Shown one piece after another: positions 1 to 13,375 of a DNA stretch of 64,000 nt; the first letter of the stretch is position 1; each line of letters starts with the position of its first letter. A model generated the notes under the pieces. That model was not told where the DNA came from. It did not search any database and saw only the letters and a program-made list of their open reading frames with translations. The position numbers and the translations under genes were made by a program. The stretch lies in assembly GCA_951406725.2 (NCBI GenBank), contig OX597816.1, forward strand, positions 79,670,001 through 79,734,000, in the 5' to 3' direction. This stretch comes from Octopus vulgaris (taxonomy: Eukaryota).

Positions 1-67
1 AGTCATGTCACTTTGTTAGCAGCCGGCTTGAACTCTCAAGAATTTAAATTAAACTCAAGGAAAAATT

Positions 68-259
68 ATACATACATACATGCATACATACATGCATACA
101 TACATGCATATATACATACATGCATATGTACATACATCATACATACATACATACATACATACATACATACATACATACATACATACATACATACATACAT
201 ACATACATACATACATACATACATGCACGTATACATACATACATACATACATACATACA

Positions 260-295
<36 letters not shown>

Positions 296-296
296 T
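68..296. repeat. (TACA)n microsatellite
   Basis: Tandem TACA/CATA units read directly; source of the YIHT/MYVC ORFs. Confidence 0.95.
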
Positions 297-297
297 G

Positions 298-700
298 ATC
301 CTCCAGGATCACTGTGAGTCCAACAACATAGTGACTGATGTGCAAGCAGGTGGAAAGAAGGGAATGTGGGGATGTGCTGAATAACTTTTGATAAACAAAG
401 CCATATCGTCTGAAGTAATAAACGCTGTAGAAGTCTTACAACTGTATGGATTGATTATAGGAAAGCAATGGACTCTATTCGTCACTGTTGCTGCTGAAGT
501 GTCTACACTTGGCAAAAATACCAGTTAACTTAGTTGCTGCTATTGTGAAGCTCGTAAAGACCTAGGCAACAATTCTCACAATTACAAATGAGTGCGAAAC
601 GGTCGTCTCCAATCTTATATTTCAAGGAAATATTGTAAGGAGACAATCTTTCTACAAATCTGGTCATTTTGGGATTAAATTCATTATCATTCCTGCAGTA
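298..700 (+). pseudogene. Non-LTR retrotransposon reverse transcriptase fragment, R4/Dong (RLE) type
   Basis: Translates LQDHCESNNIVTDVQAGGKKGMWGCAE*LLINKAI, then WIDYRKAMDSIRH (RT motif DxxKAFDSVxH) and a decayed GIxQGDxLS near 626-655; contains stops and frameshifts. Confidence 0.75.
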
Positions 701-1199
701 AAAATCAAATTACTATTTGTTGGAGTTTGCTACTGCTATAGATATTAATGTAAACCATAATTTCTTTGTGGATAACCTGAAGATTTATGAGAAAAAGAAA
801 AAAATAATGGCGGGGAGAGCAGACTCTTGTGAAGTATTTTCTCCCTGCTCTCAATGTACGCAAACGAGGATTGCAATTGTTTGTTTTTGCTTTCAAAATT
901 AACGTTTTCATTACTTCTGCTTGTTAAAGTATGAATGCCTGTATTTACAAACGGCTTCGACTATACAATTGTTATTTTTTTCAGATTGTCTCTTTCTTTA
1001 TATCGAAAATTCTCGGAGAGAAATGACAACGAATTAGAACTACAGTAACAGCAAACTAGAACAATAGTAGCAGCAACAAAACAACAACAACAACAAAAAC
1101 AACTACATCATCATCATCATCATTCGGGAGGATGTTCAGAGGGAAAGAATTAGAGAAAAGTGAAGTCTATCCTGATAGAATTCATTTTATAAAACTTTA

Positions 1200-2580
1200 C
1201 TGTAAAGGCAAGAATCAAGTTGATCCTTTGAAGTGTGAACCAACAGAATGTTTAGTTGTGACATTGGGATGATAATCAAAATCGTGAAATGTCTTATGAC
1301 AGAAGCGAAAAGGAGAAAAATTATATAAGTGCTGGAATGGATTTATCTGATAGAGAGGATATAAGATCCTTAATTTTAAAAGGGTATAATTATTTTGGAA
1401 TATTGGAAATAGTCAAATAAAACTTAGAGAACGAAGGCAGTCCATAGTAAAAAAAAAATTCTTGGAGAGTGAAGAGTTTAAAATGCAAATCGAAAATAAG
1501 AAATACTATACAAGCCATCAACTTGCGGGAAACATAAATAAGGCGTGGAGTATGAGTCATTCGGAAACTACGAATTGAAAGATACCGACTGGAAGATAAG
1601 GAAGCAGTTCACAATGTACAGAACTATACACTACTATTAGATTTAGACCCTTTATACTATAAAAGAACAGACAGAAGAAGGTTAAAACGTGTTGAAGAGA
1701 TAAAACCAGAGGATTCTATCAAGAACAAAAAGAGGTTTATAGGAAAGTACTACATGAAAGACTAGTTACAGATTTAGTGCAACCTCAAAAGAAAAAAAAA
1801 ATCCAATAAAGAAAAGCAGGAAAATATGGGAAATAAAATGTTAGATTTAGTAAAAAAAAAAAAAATCCCATACAGTGCTTTTCACGAAGTCAAAAGGGAT
1901 GACGAAGGTTCCCGGCTTGTGCTAAAGTAAAGTGTATTAAAGAATAACATCAAGGGAATAATTTTAGCGCTACATGAATAGATACTAACGACAAAATGAG
2001 CAAGAGGATAATATATAAGCATTTACTGCTTATCCAGATATAGAATTTGCGTCGATACAGATGAGTCCATAGCTCATATTGTATCGGAATGTCCACCGTT
2101 AGCTCGAAATGTATACTAAAAAACATATAGGTGTGACAAAATTGCTGTAATAATTCACTGCAAGTAATTACTTTAGCATGCCCAGAAAAGAGCTATGATT
2201 AATTTGTGGGGACAAAAATAAAGTCAAGTAGATCGATGAAGTGAGGTTGTGATAGAAATTTTGTTCTATACAACCTGAGCACATCACACTGAAAATAATT
2301 GTCATTGATTATAAGAAAACATATTTTAATTGATACGCCATGTTCATTTGATACCAGAATCAAGAAAAAGGAAAATATCACACTGACTTGAAGTATAAAA
2401 ACCTCAAAAGATGGAACAAAGAAGTTACCAAGATCACAAACCGGCTAATTAGAGGCCCTGGGAACAGTAACAAAAAATTTGTAAGTAAACCTTGGAAAGC
2501 TAGACTTAATCTGAGAGTGAGCGCAGTAGCGAAAAGTTGTATAGATGGTTCAATAAGACTTATCCCGTAAGTTTGTGTGC
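1200..2580 (+). mobile_element. Degraded R4/Dong-type LINE: RT C-terminus, CCHC knuckle and restriction-like endonuclease
   Basis: Remnant motifs FSxDIGM (~1250), YxYxGILE (~1383), IQAIN (~1508), DESIAHIVSECPPLA (2060-2104), then LID..FDTRIKKKE..KYKNL (2325-2405). Boundaries approximate. Confidence 0.7.
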
Positions 2581-2719
2581 AAAGTTACGACAGATAAGGA
2601 CAGCATATTTTAGAAAGAAGGTAAAAAATTATTTTTCACCATATACAACAGTTATGTTCTGATAGCAAACACAATTAAACCACCAATACTGTGTAACAGT
2701 AGAATATTTAGGTACAGGA

Positions 2720-3088
2720 CCAGCAAATTCAAAGTTAGATGGTTAGTCAATATCATTGACCCCCAGCACATGATTGAGACTTTATTTTATCGATCCCGGG
2801 AAGATGAATGGTCAAGCTGACTTTGGCGGGATTTGAACTCAGATTGTATATATATGCGACTGTGAGGTCAGAAGTTTGCTTCCCAACTACATAGTTCGGG
2901 ACACAACCCGACTGCGTGACACTTTGGGAAAGTGTCTTCTTCTATAGCATCGGGTTGACCAAAGCTTTGTAAATGGATTTGGTAGACGGAAACTAAAAGG
3001 CTTAAAACAGTACTGGGGTTGATTCGTTCGGCTTAAATTTTTAAGGAGGTGCCACAGTCTAATGACTGAAACAAATAAAAGATAAAAG
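2720..3088. mobile_element. Two adjacent SINE remnants: family A on minus (~2720-2845), family B on plus (~2860-3088)
   Basis: Similar to the better copies at 25727-25955 (family A) and 32078-32476 (family B). Confidence 0.6.
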
Positions 3089-3096
3089 ATGTGCAT

Positions 3097-3138
<42 letters not shown>

Positions 3139-3459
3139 TGTCATGTATGCGCGTGTAATGTTTACTTGATACACGTGATTTGGCATATATATGTGTATGA
3201 GTATGTGTATGTGTGTGTGCATGTGTATATGTGTGCGTGTATGTGTGTGTGTATCTATTTGCATGTGTATATGTATGTATGTATGTATGTATGTATGCAT
3301 GTATGCATGTATGTACGTATTTCCATAGACACGTTCACACACAAAGGCAGATGACCAAAAGTGGGGGATGTAAGAGAGACTGGCAGACAGATAAGATAAA
3401 TAAATATAAACATTCAAACAGCGAACATTTCATACGCACACACATACATAAATATAAAG

Positions 3460-3597
3460 ATACATACATACATACATAATACATACATACATACATACAT
3501 ACATACATACATACATACATACATACATACATACATACATACATACATACATACATACATACATACATACATACGTACATACATACATACATACATA
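3460..3597. repeat. (TACA)n microsatellite
   Basis: Direct reading. Confidence 0.95.
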
Positions 3598-3792
3598 GAC
3601 AAAGTGAGATGAATTAGTCGTGGGAACCATACAAGGTAAACGATAAGCTTCAAGATTTTTTCTGCTCTAGGCTGTTTCCAAGACAGAAATGTTCATCTCC
3701 AACATGCCGTACGCTCTATTTTTGTAAACCTTTTTCAACTACCTTTTTACATGGTTAGGTTGTCGAAGCACAATAGCACGTGCTAATTACCC

Positions 3793-3793
<1 letters not shown>

Positions 3794-3857
<64 letters not shown>

Positions 3858-3862
3858 CATCA

Positions 3863-3953
<91 letters not shown>

Positions 3954-3972
3954 CATTATTATCATCATCATC

Positions 3973-4043
<71 letters not shown>
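3794..4043. repeat. (ATT)n/(ATC)n microsatellite
   Basis: Direct reading; gives the poly-Y/I/L ORFs. Confidence 0.95.
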
Positions 4044-4045
<2 letters not shown>

Positions 4046-4197
4046 TTTTATTTTTTATTCACCTTTTTCACCGCTTCGTCCATTAACTGTAATTGTTGAT
4101 TTTGTGGTGTAGTAGGGTAGGAATGATTCAGTTTTATAGAAAGACAGGTAGTGTTGAAGAACAAAGGTGCAAGCTCTCTGCCTGTGTTTACATTTAC

Positions 4198-4285
<88 letters not shown>
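4198..4285. repeat. (TATC)n microsatellite
   Basis: Direct reading. Confidence 0.95.
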
Positions 4286-4829
4286 GTCTGTTTGTCTGTT
4301 TGTCTGTCTGTATGTACATATATGAGTGTGTATAGTCAATAGATGATATCCAGAGATTCTCGTATAGAAAACACTTAGTAGCGCTCAAATGATTTGAACC
4401 TAAACTGCGATGTCTTTACGAGGGACTAATTCGGCAGGATAAAGAGTGGCTATAAGAGGAATCAAGACGAGCAGATAACAATTATGAGGATAAACAAATT
4501 AAGTGTAACAGCTTGGTTCTGATACACAATATATATATGTGTGTGTACTTGTGTTGTGTTGTGTGTGTGTGTTGTGTTGTGTGTGTGTGTATGTATGTGT
4601 GTGTGTGCGTGCGTATGCAAACAAAGCAAAGAGTGAAGACTTTCAGACGATGAACATTTAAGTATAAATATATAGATATTTATATATTAATAGATCAAAC
4701 TTACAATCAGCACAAACGACTGAGAGAATTAGAGGGGAAGAGGTAAAAGTGTCATAAGTCCAACAATTGATTCATCATGATGTTTGTAGATGTAGTTCAC
4801 CATAATATGGCAAATAAATATTGGATGTA

Positions 4830-5785
4830 TATATAATGTATGGAGCCCACCATCCGAAAGCTGATATCAACCGACTGTACTTCCAACCAGGTTGGAAAAT
4901 GCTTAATAGCAGTAGAAGAATGTGTACAGATGGAAAGAAAAAGAAACTAGTAGACTATTTACAGAGCAGCACAGAAAAACTATTAAAGGCAGTAAAGAAA
5001 GAACAAGTGATCAAGTGCGTAATAGAAGAGGACAAGAATGAAATTCAAAGAGAACACGTCATACACATCGAAGAGAAACCCCTGCATGGCCAGTTTTGGA
5101 GAGTCACTGAAAACGTATGTGGAACAAAATCCTTGGCTTGGTTAAAAAAGGGGCAATTAAAAAAGAAACCGAAAGCCCAAGATCAAGCGATAAAAAATAA
5201 CTTAAGGAAAAATATTTATGGAGAGAATGTGTCAGAAAAATGTAGAACTTGTGGAAATTGGAATGAGACAGTGGCACACATTGTGACAGAATGCTCCATG
5301 TTGGCACAGAAAGAATTTAAGAAACCGTGGTAAGATCAGGCTGTAACAGTTTTACACTGGAAACTGTGCCAGAAATGGGAATTTGAAGCTGGAAACACAT
5401 GGTGCAATCACCAAGTCTAAAGAGTACTGGAGTCGGAGAAATGTAAGATTTTGTGGGATTTTCCCTATTCAAAAGGACAAGAACTTAGAAAATAACAGAC
5501 CGGACATAACGATTATAGATTAGGTAAAACGAAGATTGGTGTGTTGGGAAGAGTAAGCAAAGATATAGACAAATGGCTGAAGGAGATTGGAATAGAATGC
5601 CGAACAGATCTCCTACAGAAAGTTTGTCTCTTAGGGACAGCAAAGATTATCAGAAAGGTTTCAAGCACTTGAAAGACTGCTGAAAAGTTGTGGATATCTA
5701 AAGTTACAGGCCGTAAACCATTACCCACATAAATCCTACCAGGAATAAGACCGAACCTGAGCCAAACCAAAATAAATAATAACAA
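4830..5785 (+). mobile_element. 3' fragment of an R4/Dong-type LINE
   Basis: ORF 4821-5333 has HPKADINRLY, KPLHGQF, WLKKGQLK..AQDQAI and the CCHC knuckle KCRTCGNWNETVAHIVTEC. Downstream are HWKLCQKW, KILWDF, NRPDI and LQKVCLLGTAKIIRKV (RLE domain), then a short AAT tail near 5770-5783. Confidence 0.85.
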
Positions 5786-6240
5786 ATATTCTGCTCAATA
5801 CCACAGATTTGCATGTCAGTTGTTTGACCTCAATCAGTTGAGCATGTCCCTTGGTGGCTGATGATATGGGCATCTCTGATCCCGAGCAGAAGTAGTGGGG
5901 GAACATCATAGCCATGTTCGAGGGGGGAATTCTTTGGGGTTTGCATAATTCACCTCTGAAAACGTGGGTGGGTAATAATAAAACAATCCTTAAACAACTC
6001 TTATTCAGGGATCTTGTGAGCAGGATGATCTACTGGACCTGAATAAAATTCTAACTGGGGCCAACCTGCGATGTCATGCGCTGTTTATCTTGATATGAGA
6101 TCATCTTGTCGCGCACATATGGTTGTGATGCATGTACCTGGTGTATACTTATCAGACTGGAAATCATGATGGGTATACTGGGCTTCGTATATTTGTGCTC
6201 CGGTGTCACTTTGACGGCATGCACTGCCTTCTCACTCTAT
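5786..6240. repeat. Unclassified interspersed repeat, followed by an (ACT)n/(AAT)n tract
   Basis: Higher-GC block abutting the trinucleotide tract. Resembles a common octopus repeat from memory; no protein motif recognised. Confidence 0.4.
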
Positions 6241-6242
6241 GA

Positions 6243-6270
6243 TACTACTACTACTACTACTACTACTACA

Positions 6271-6346
<76 letters not shown>

Positions 6347-6411
6347 ATAATAATAATAATGATGATAATAATAATAATAATAATAATAATAATATTAATA
6401 ATAATAATAAT
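6243..6411. repeat. (ACT)n-(AAT)n compound microsatellite
   Basis: Direct reading. Confidence 0.95.
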
Positions 6412-7377
6412 TTATCTTATGTGCTACAGGGAACATCAGATGATGAGGACATTACAGGGAGAGGTCAAAATTTGTGTGAGGTTTACATAAAAATGAGAAG
6501 AAAGGGAGAGGCAAGTGAAACGAGATAAAAGTATACATAGCATAGGATATATATGAGTACATCTATGATGCAGTCCTCCTGATACAGGAGAATCTCTGTC
6601 GAGGGCCAGATCATCCTAAACACCAGGGGCACAAGTCCTCGCCCAACAATTGTACTTCAATTTACAGTCGGTTGATTAGAGTAGGTACATTCATCCTAAT
6701 AACTTTTGCACAAGGTTAGTAACTCTGAGGGGAGGTACAAGTCAATTAAATCGACCCAGTACTTTTATTTTATCGAGCCCGAAAAGATAAAAGGCAAATT
6801 TACTCTTGAGGGGATAATAGCGATATGCGAAGTGTCTGTGTGTAGCAGATGGATGGACAAAGTGTGAGATGTGGTGAGATTACGAAGACGTGCGGTCAAA
6901 CCACATAAACAGTTGATTTTAAGAAGCTCTTCTCTGACTCAATCTAATCTGGTGCTCCTCTTTAGGCTACTTAAGCGTTTTCGGGCTTGAGACGTTTAAC
7001 AGTTAGGGAAAGTGAGAAGGAGAGGAGGAAGAGGTGGAGGGGGAAGAAGACAAAGAGTAGTAGTAATAGTAGTAGTAGTAGTAGGAGGAGGAGGAGGAGG
7101 AAAATAGGTGAGCGAGATGGAAGCGATATTGATGATGGTGTTGTTTGGTGTTAAGTAGGAGGAGGAGATGGGAGGAAAAGAAGGAGGCGAGAAGCCGAAG
7201 AAATTAGGAGACAAAAGGTAAGTAGACATGCAATTGTATTGGCGACAATGCCTAGTTGTTCTCATCTAATGTTCAGAAATTGACACTCACACATCACACA
7301 TGCACAGATAGACAGACAGGCGGGGACACATACGTAAGCAAACACGCAAATACTCAACACACACACACACACACATG

Positions 7378-7414
<37 letters not shown>

Positions 7415-7794
7415 GACTTTTGCCACTATATGACAGCTAGCTACCTCCCTCTTGCTTCTCGTCCACGCGGGCCTAATTTCACTTGCCCCTACCGACAATT
7501 GAGATCTTCTAACACTACCCTCATACCTTCTACCGCCACCGTCTCCACCCACCTAATGCTTTTGACGGGGACCACCTGCTAGCGATGCCCGACACTTCTT
7601 ATTCGCTCTCTCTCACTCTCTCTCTCTCTTTTTCCCTGTCTGTCTCTTTCACCTCTTTACACCTTTCTTCATTTCTTTCTCATTCTTTTCACTTAGCTAC
7701 GTACCTACGCCTTAATCCGGTGACGTCACAATGGCTATCAATCTGCGTGAAAGAGTACCGTGTATGTGTCTACATAAATATGCATGCAGATGAA

Positions 7795-7820
7795 TTCGCA
7801 CATACACGCGCGCACACACA

Positions 7821-7869
<49 letters not shown>

Positions 7870-8185
7870 GTATATATGTGTATGCGCGAGAGAATTTTTA
7901 CAAAATGTATAGATGTGTATGTGTGTGTGTGTGTGTATGTGTATATGTATATATATATGTACATGTATATATGTATGTGTATATATATATATATATGTGT
8001 ATATATATACACACATGCATATATACAAGTATACACACATTTCCCTCACTCACTGTCTGTCTGTCTCTCTCTCTCTCCATCTCTGTCTCTGTCTCTGTCC
8101 CTCTCTCTCTCTCTATATATATATATATATGTATGTGTATATGTATGTATGTATGTATGTATGTATATGTATATATGTGTATGAC
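7795..8185. repeat. Compound (CA)/(TA)/(TG)/(CT) microsatellite field
   Basis: Direct reading. Confidence 0.9.
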
Positions 8186-10322
8186 AAACGTATGCATTTA
8201 GATAGCCGCATACACGCACACAAATGCGCGCACGCACGCACATTCGGTTTGCTATCGTTTAGCAATTATCGCTTAATAGGGGCTGTCATCGCTGATACTG
8301 TCATCCTAGCGTAAAAGGCTCCTCCCCTTCATGCCATCGACCGTTCACCAACATCCACCTATCCACGACCACGATCATCACTGCCAAGTACCCCCCCCCA
8401 CCGACACTACCACCGTCAATAACAACAACGAGCCACTGCCAGCCTCCATTTAACTGCATTCAACTCCTCGTCGCCATTGAATACAATACGAAGCCACCAC
8501 CACCACCACCACCACAACCCCTACTACTATCACCTATATGTGCAAGAAGTCAGCCGTTCGCAAATAAAGGCTATATCAGCATCGGTAGAAGTAGCAGCAG
8601 CAACAGCTCTGTATGAACTGAAGCCAAAATGTATAAGATGGAGACTTGGAGAAGGTAGCGATGAGAATAATGAGTTGTTTAAACCTTGGTCAGTTTGATT
8701 AAGCAAACCTATGCTAAAACGACGAATACTTTGTTCAATGTGTCTTTCCTCTTTTTAAGACTGTAGGTTGTGATTTCTGGTGATATTTGTTATTTCTAGC
8801 AGACATTAGCGACTAGGCAGAGATTCCCTCGTTAGATTAGCTGGAACAGTAGGTGTATGAGAACGTGTGTGAGGGAGTTTTCTTTGTTACTTAACTGCTT
8901 AACTGCTGACAAATAATGATAGTTGATACCAGCCGTTCTAAGGCCTTCCGCTGTAGCGGCGGCGCTGTCAATAACCCTGAAAAGGAGGGTCAGAGCTGGA
9001 TGGCACGTTTCCGAAGTGGATGAGGGATGTGAATTTTAGGGTGGGTGTTGTGGTGGATCGGTTGGTTCTTACCTGACAGCGTCGAGCCGTGGCGAGTTGA
9101 TGAGAAGTTCGGGTCGAGTTGGATCATGTTGATAGCGTCAGGTCGCTATAGGGTCGCATCGGATCATATTGGAACAAAAAGGCAGTTGAAAGAAAGAAAG
9201 GAGATACGGTGCAGGAGGTTGGATAGGACAGTAAAGAAAAGAAACAAAATAAGAAGGCAATGGATATATGAATAAATAAATAGCGAATAAATGATTAAAT
9301 AATTAATTTGATAAAGTGAACAGTTTGGGTTTAATAAGAATGAATTTCATTTGTCTTTATTTCATTTTATTTTTCATTGGTTTCGCAATAACTGCTCATA
9401 AATGATCTCCTTATCCCCGAAAATGGACAACATCTTAAAGACAATCCTATTTCACAAAACAGATGTCTTTTGTCGTCTCTCTTACATTGTGATATTTGGT
9501 TTATTGTAAATGCATTTGGTGAGAGATCTGTTTGGAAATGAGTTAACTTTGTTTAGTTTTTCTCACTGCACATGGAATATCGGGCGACAGGTATCAGTTA
9601 TTATGTGTGTATGCGTGAATTTTCCTGGATATGACTTTAAGCTGTATCCAGTGCTGGTACTCTGGCTCGGGAGTTTCAGAGTTTTGAGTCACTGTTGTTT
9701 CCAGGACTGCAGTGACCCGAAGTAGTGGCACCTGTTAGGGTCCCAGCTATGGGTTAATTAGTTGGAGGGAAGGACTCTTAGATTTCGTAAGAACTTCCTC
9801 CTAGGAGAACTTGAGCTCATAAAAAGGAAAAAAAGAACTTGAACTGCAGTTGATTTTGGTTGTCTCAACCTCTTTTATGTCACACGTGTTATAGCTGATC
9901 CCGCTGAAAAGTGGATTCAGTCCTCTGCATCATTCTATCCTCTCAAAATAGATTCACACACAGGAATTTCTTAGACTCTCGTCAGTTTGCACTATCCATT
10001 GAATTTAAGAAGTGGTTTTAATCGGCCACGAGTTGACTTCCACCATGTATGTTAGTATGTGTGCATGCAGACAAGCAGAGATTAACCATTAAACGATAAA
10101 AGCTTGTGTTTAGGACAAAGGAACAAGGTGCATCACAGAGTTTTTCTTAAGGCTGGAGTAATCGTTATGCAAATGAGAAATTATAATTTTTATGAAAAAG
10201 TGTTAAAAATTAACATTTTCCCCGCTGCCTTTGTTATTATTCTTATAATAAACACCTCTTATAATAAATATTATTCTTATAATAAATGCGAACTTATATA
10301 TTTCGTGTCATGCATAGAGTTG

Positions 10323-10682
10323 TAGTAGTATGGGGGTATGTGCTGTAACAGCGCATCACTGCATCCACCATTTGTTAGTGATTCCCTATCAACCTGGCGG
10401 AAGACGCTTCTGCACCACTCAGGCGACAACCCTCCAGCCCATGTGTCTGTTTGAATTATCGTTGCTGGTGAGGGTTTTAAGAAGTCGGAGAGCAAATCCT
10501 ACCTCAATCTCATGTATTCGCCTTTTACGGCACGCTGAGGAAACGTTGGCTCTATTCCTTGACATGCCAGTCTGCACACAGCATTATTGCGACCTGAAAT
10601 TGAAACTTGTTTTGCTCGAATCGAACCCACTACCTGATGATCGTGAGTGCAACACCCTGACCACTAGGCTACGTGCCTTCAC
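10323..10682 (-). mobile_element. tRNA-derived SINE
   Basis: Minus strand begins GAAGGCACGTAGCCTAGTGGTCAGGG (A box) then GGTTCGATTC (B box); has a long unrelated body and a (TAC) tail. Confidence 0.7.
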
Positions 10683-10735
10683 AAAAAGTGATAAATGCTA
10701 ATAAATCTCTCTCACGATTGTTATATTCGTATTTG

Positions 10736-11150
10736 GGATCTTTTCGGTTTGAACGGCAGTTTTTAACATAATTTCTAGGTAACTAAAAAATTTTAAACTT
10801 CGTATACTGGTAGAATGTGTTTATAAAACATCTTTTTCTTTTGGCTTTATTAAGAAAATTCTACAGTTTGTAAGATATTTGTTGTTGTTTTTCTTCAATT
10901 TCTGCAATTTCAACCAATCAATGATGTCCATTGAGGTAAAATAAAAACATTCTGTGCCGTATGAATATGTCCCTCGTTTAAGAAACAGATTGGGTTTATT
11001 TACATTTGTGAAGAAAAAAAGATACCTTTCCCCCCACCCCTAACCCTAAAACAGATTGAAGTGCAATAGATCGATACTAGGGTCATAATTATGGGTGACA
11101 ATTTCATATGACACCGCTAGAAAAAACTGCCGTTCAAACCGAAACGATCC
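10736..11150. mobile_element. MITE with ~29-bp TIRs and 8-bp TSD (Merlin-like termini)
   Basis: Left end GGATCTTTTCGGTTTGAACGGCAGTTTTT; right end AAAAACTGCCGTTCAAACCGAAACGATCC (one mismatch). Flanks CGTATTTG / CATATTTG. Confidence 0.85.
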
Positions 11151-11209
11151 CATATTTGTGTGCACGCGTATATATTTTCAGTTTGTGTGCTATAAAAGTA
11201 GATATCCTT

Positions 11210-11395
11210 CCTAATTTTGGAACAAGGGAAGCAATTTTAAAGCGAGAGACAAGTCGATTGCATCGACTCCATTATTCAACTGGTACTTAGTTTATCAATC
11301 CGGAAAGGATAAAAAGCAAAATCGACCAGAGCGTAAAGAAATGCTGTTAACCACTTTTGTCCAGTGTGCTTACAACTCTGCCAGCTCGCTGCTTT
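11210..11395 (-). mobile_element. SINE family A copy
   Basis: Reverse complement of the CTTT(C/T)ATCCTTTC..GATAAA..AGTACCAG core seen at 25820-25865. Confidence 0.6.
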
Positions 11396-12179
11396 TATAA
11401 AGTGTAAATATCGAAAAGAAGAAAAACAATCGACATATTCAAAGCAAACTCTGCTCCGTGTAAATATTTATATCTAAAATAAACGTAGTTGTTCATAGTT
11501 TGACTTTATTTTCATTTTCAATACATTTAGATATAAATATTAGGCTACATAAGTGGACTAGTCAGTAAATAAAATAATATGCATCTATTGCTTAATGCTA
11601 TTTGGTGTTAAATAACTAAAATAACAAGTTGTATTTAATGTACTTGTGCGGGTCTAACTGGAAGAGATTTGGTGGCAAAGAAACTGAATTATTTGTTAAT
11701 AACAATAATAATGATAATAATAATAATGAATAAATATGTAAATAAAATAAATAACAATATAGTAAAATAAATAACGAAATAATAATAAAATAAAAATAAA
11801 ATAATTATAAATATTAATAATAATAAACAGAATTTTCTACTATTAATAATCTATCATTTCTCATTCAGTATGTATTAAGTTTTTATGACATTTTACTTAG
11901 ACAATAGAAGAGTAGGAACAGAGCCGTTGCTGAATGGTGCTCTGACATAAGCTGGCCTCAATTCAGCGCTGTCTGTCTGTAAGAATGTATGCATATATGC
12001 ATGCAAATATGCATGTTATGTAAGTGCATATTTATTCCAAAGTATAAATGAATGTATGTATATATATGTATATAAAAGTTTACATGCACATGTGTACGTT
12101 TTCATTTTTTTCATTTATTTATAAGAATTCTTTCTAGAAAGTGGGAGCTGGTTTCTAACAGAAATGGAATTTGGGTATC

Positions 12180-12500
12180 AACAGCAATAATTTTCACATA
12201 TTGAACGTTAGGAAATCTTGCATATTTTTACTGTTCCTCTTATAGATTGCATCTGGAAAGTGCATGCTAGGTAGTTTCTTTCTTTGTTTCAAAATCCTAG
12301 CTTTACCAAAGCTAGATATTTATTAACACAACTACGGTATTTATTAATATAACCAAGTGTACTTGTGGTTATTGGTATATGGAGGAGCTGCAGGTCTCGA
12401 AATGGTTGTTCACAAATATTTTCCTTGTCGCTTATTTTGAAGGAGATGTTCGCATCTACAGAGCAGCTTACTTCTATGACTGTACATGACATTCTGTGTC
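12180..12500 (-). pseudogene. LINE restriction-like endonuclease fragment
   Basis: ORF 12289-12492 reads CTVIEVSCSVDANISFKISDKE...LQLL..IPITTSTLGY, matching the RLE pattern IExxxPxDxN..KxxKY..L..IPI...LG. Confidence 0.55.
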
Positions 12501-12545
12501 AGATAACAGACTTGTTTTTTTTTTTTGCACTGGGTAAAAGTTTTG

Positions 12546-13270
12546 AATCGTCAATTTCCACATATCATTATACACTCACTATAGACACATGTCGTGCCGA
12601 AATCGGGGAAGCTAGATAACAGAATATTTTTTTTAATTGACGATTTAAAGTCTCTTATCAGCATATTGGCATGGAAATAATTTTTCTTTTGCCCTTGTTT
12701 ATAAGTTGTTTATAATTTTAACCATTAAAGGTATTTTAATATGCTGCCACTTTTTTGATGAATTTTTTTCTGAAAAAAATTTCATCCTATATTAGTAGTA
12801 GATTTATTACCATTCACTTAGAGACTGGTAACCACTATTAGCTGTGGTTTGGAATAGTTCACACGTATCCTGAGGCTAGCTGAAGAATTTTATATTTAGA
12901 TGTATTTGGGGTACTTATGTGTACACATGACTTTTGCTTCTGCTTTTTTCCATGGGTGCGTGTAAGTATTTCATTTATTTCTTATCGTATTTTCTACTGA
13001 AGAGGAAAAAATCCATAGGATTAATTCCGAAATTGATTCAATATAGAAATAACGAACTTTAAAAAAAAAATTCGGTTGGCTAGCTTCCCAGATTTCAGCA
13101 CGACGTGTATCTATAGTGAGTGTATAATGATATGTGGAAATTGACGATTTAAAGTCTGTTATCAGCTTATTGGCATGGAAATAATTTTTCTTTTGCCCTT
13201 GTTTATAAGTTGCTTATAATTTTAACTTTTAAAGGTATTTTAATATGCTGCCACTTTTGATGAAATTTTT
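12546..13270. repeat. Composite of a ~70-bp inverted repeat and a ~120-bp direct repeat
   Basis: 12546-12615 is the reverse complement of ~13079-13149. 12635-12760 is repeated at 13139-13264 (offset 504). Confidence 0.85.
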
Positions 13271-13321
13271 TGATGAATCTAGATCTAGGTTTTCCATGTC
13301 TTACATATATATATATATACA

Positions 13322-13375
<54 letters not shown>

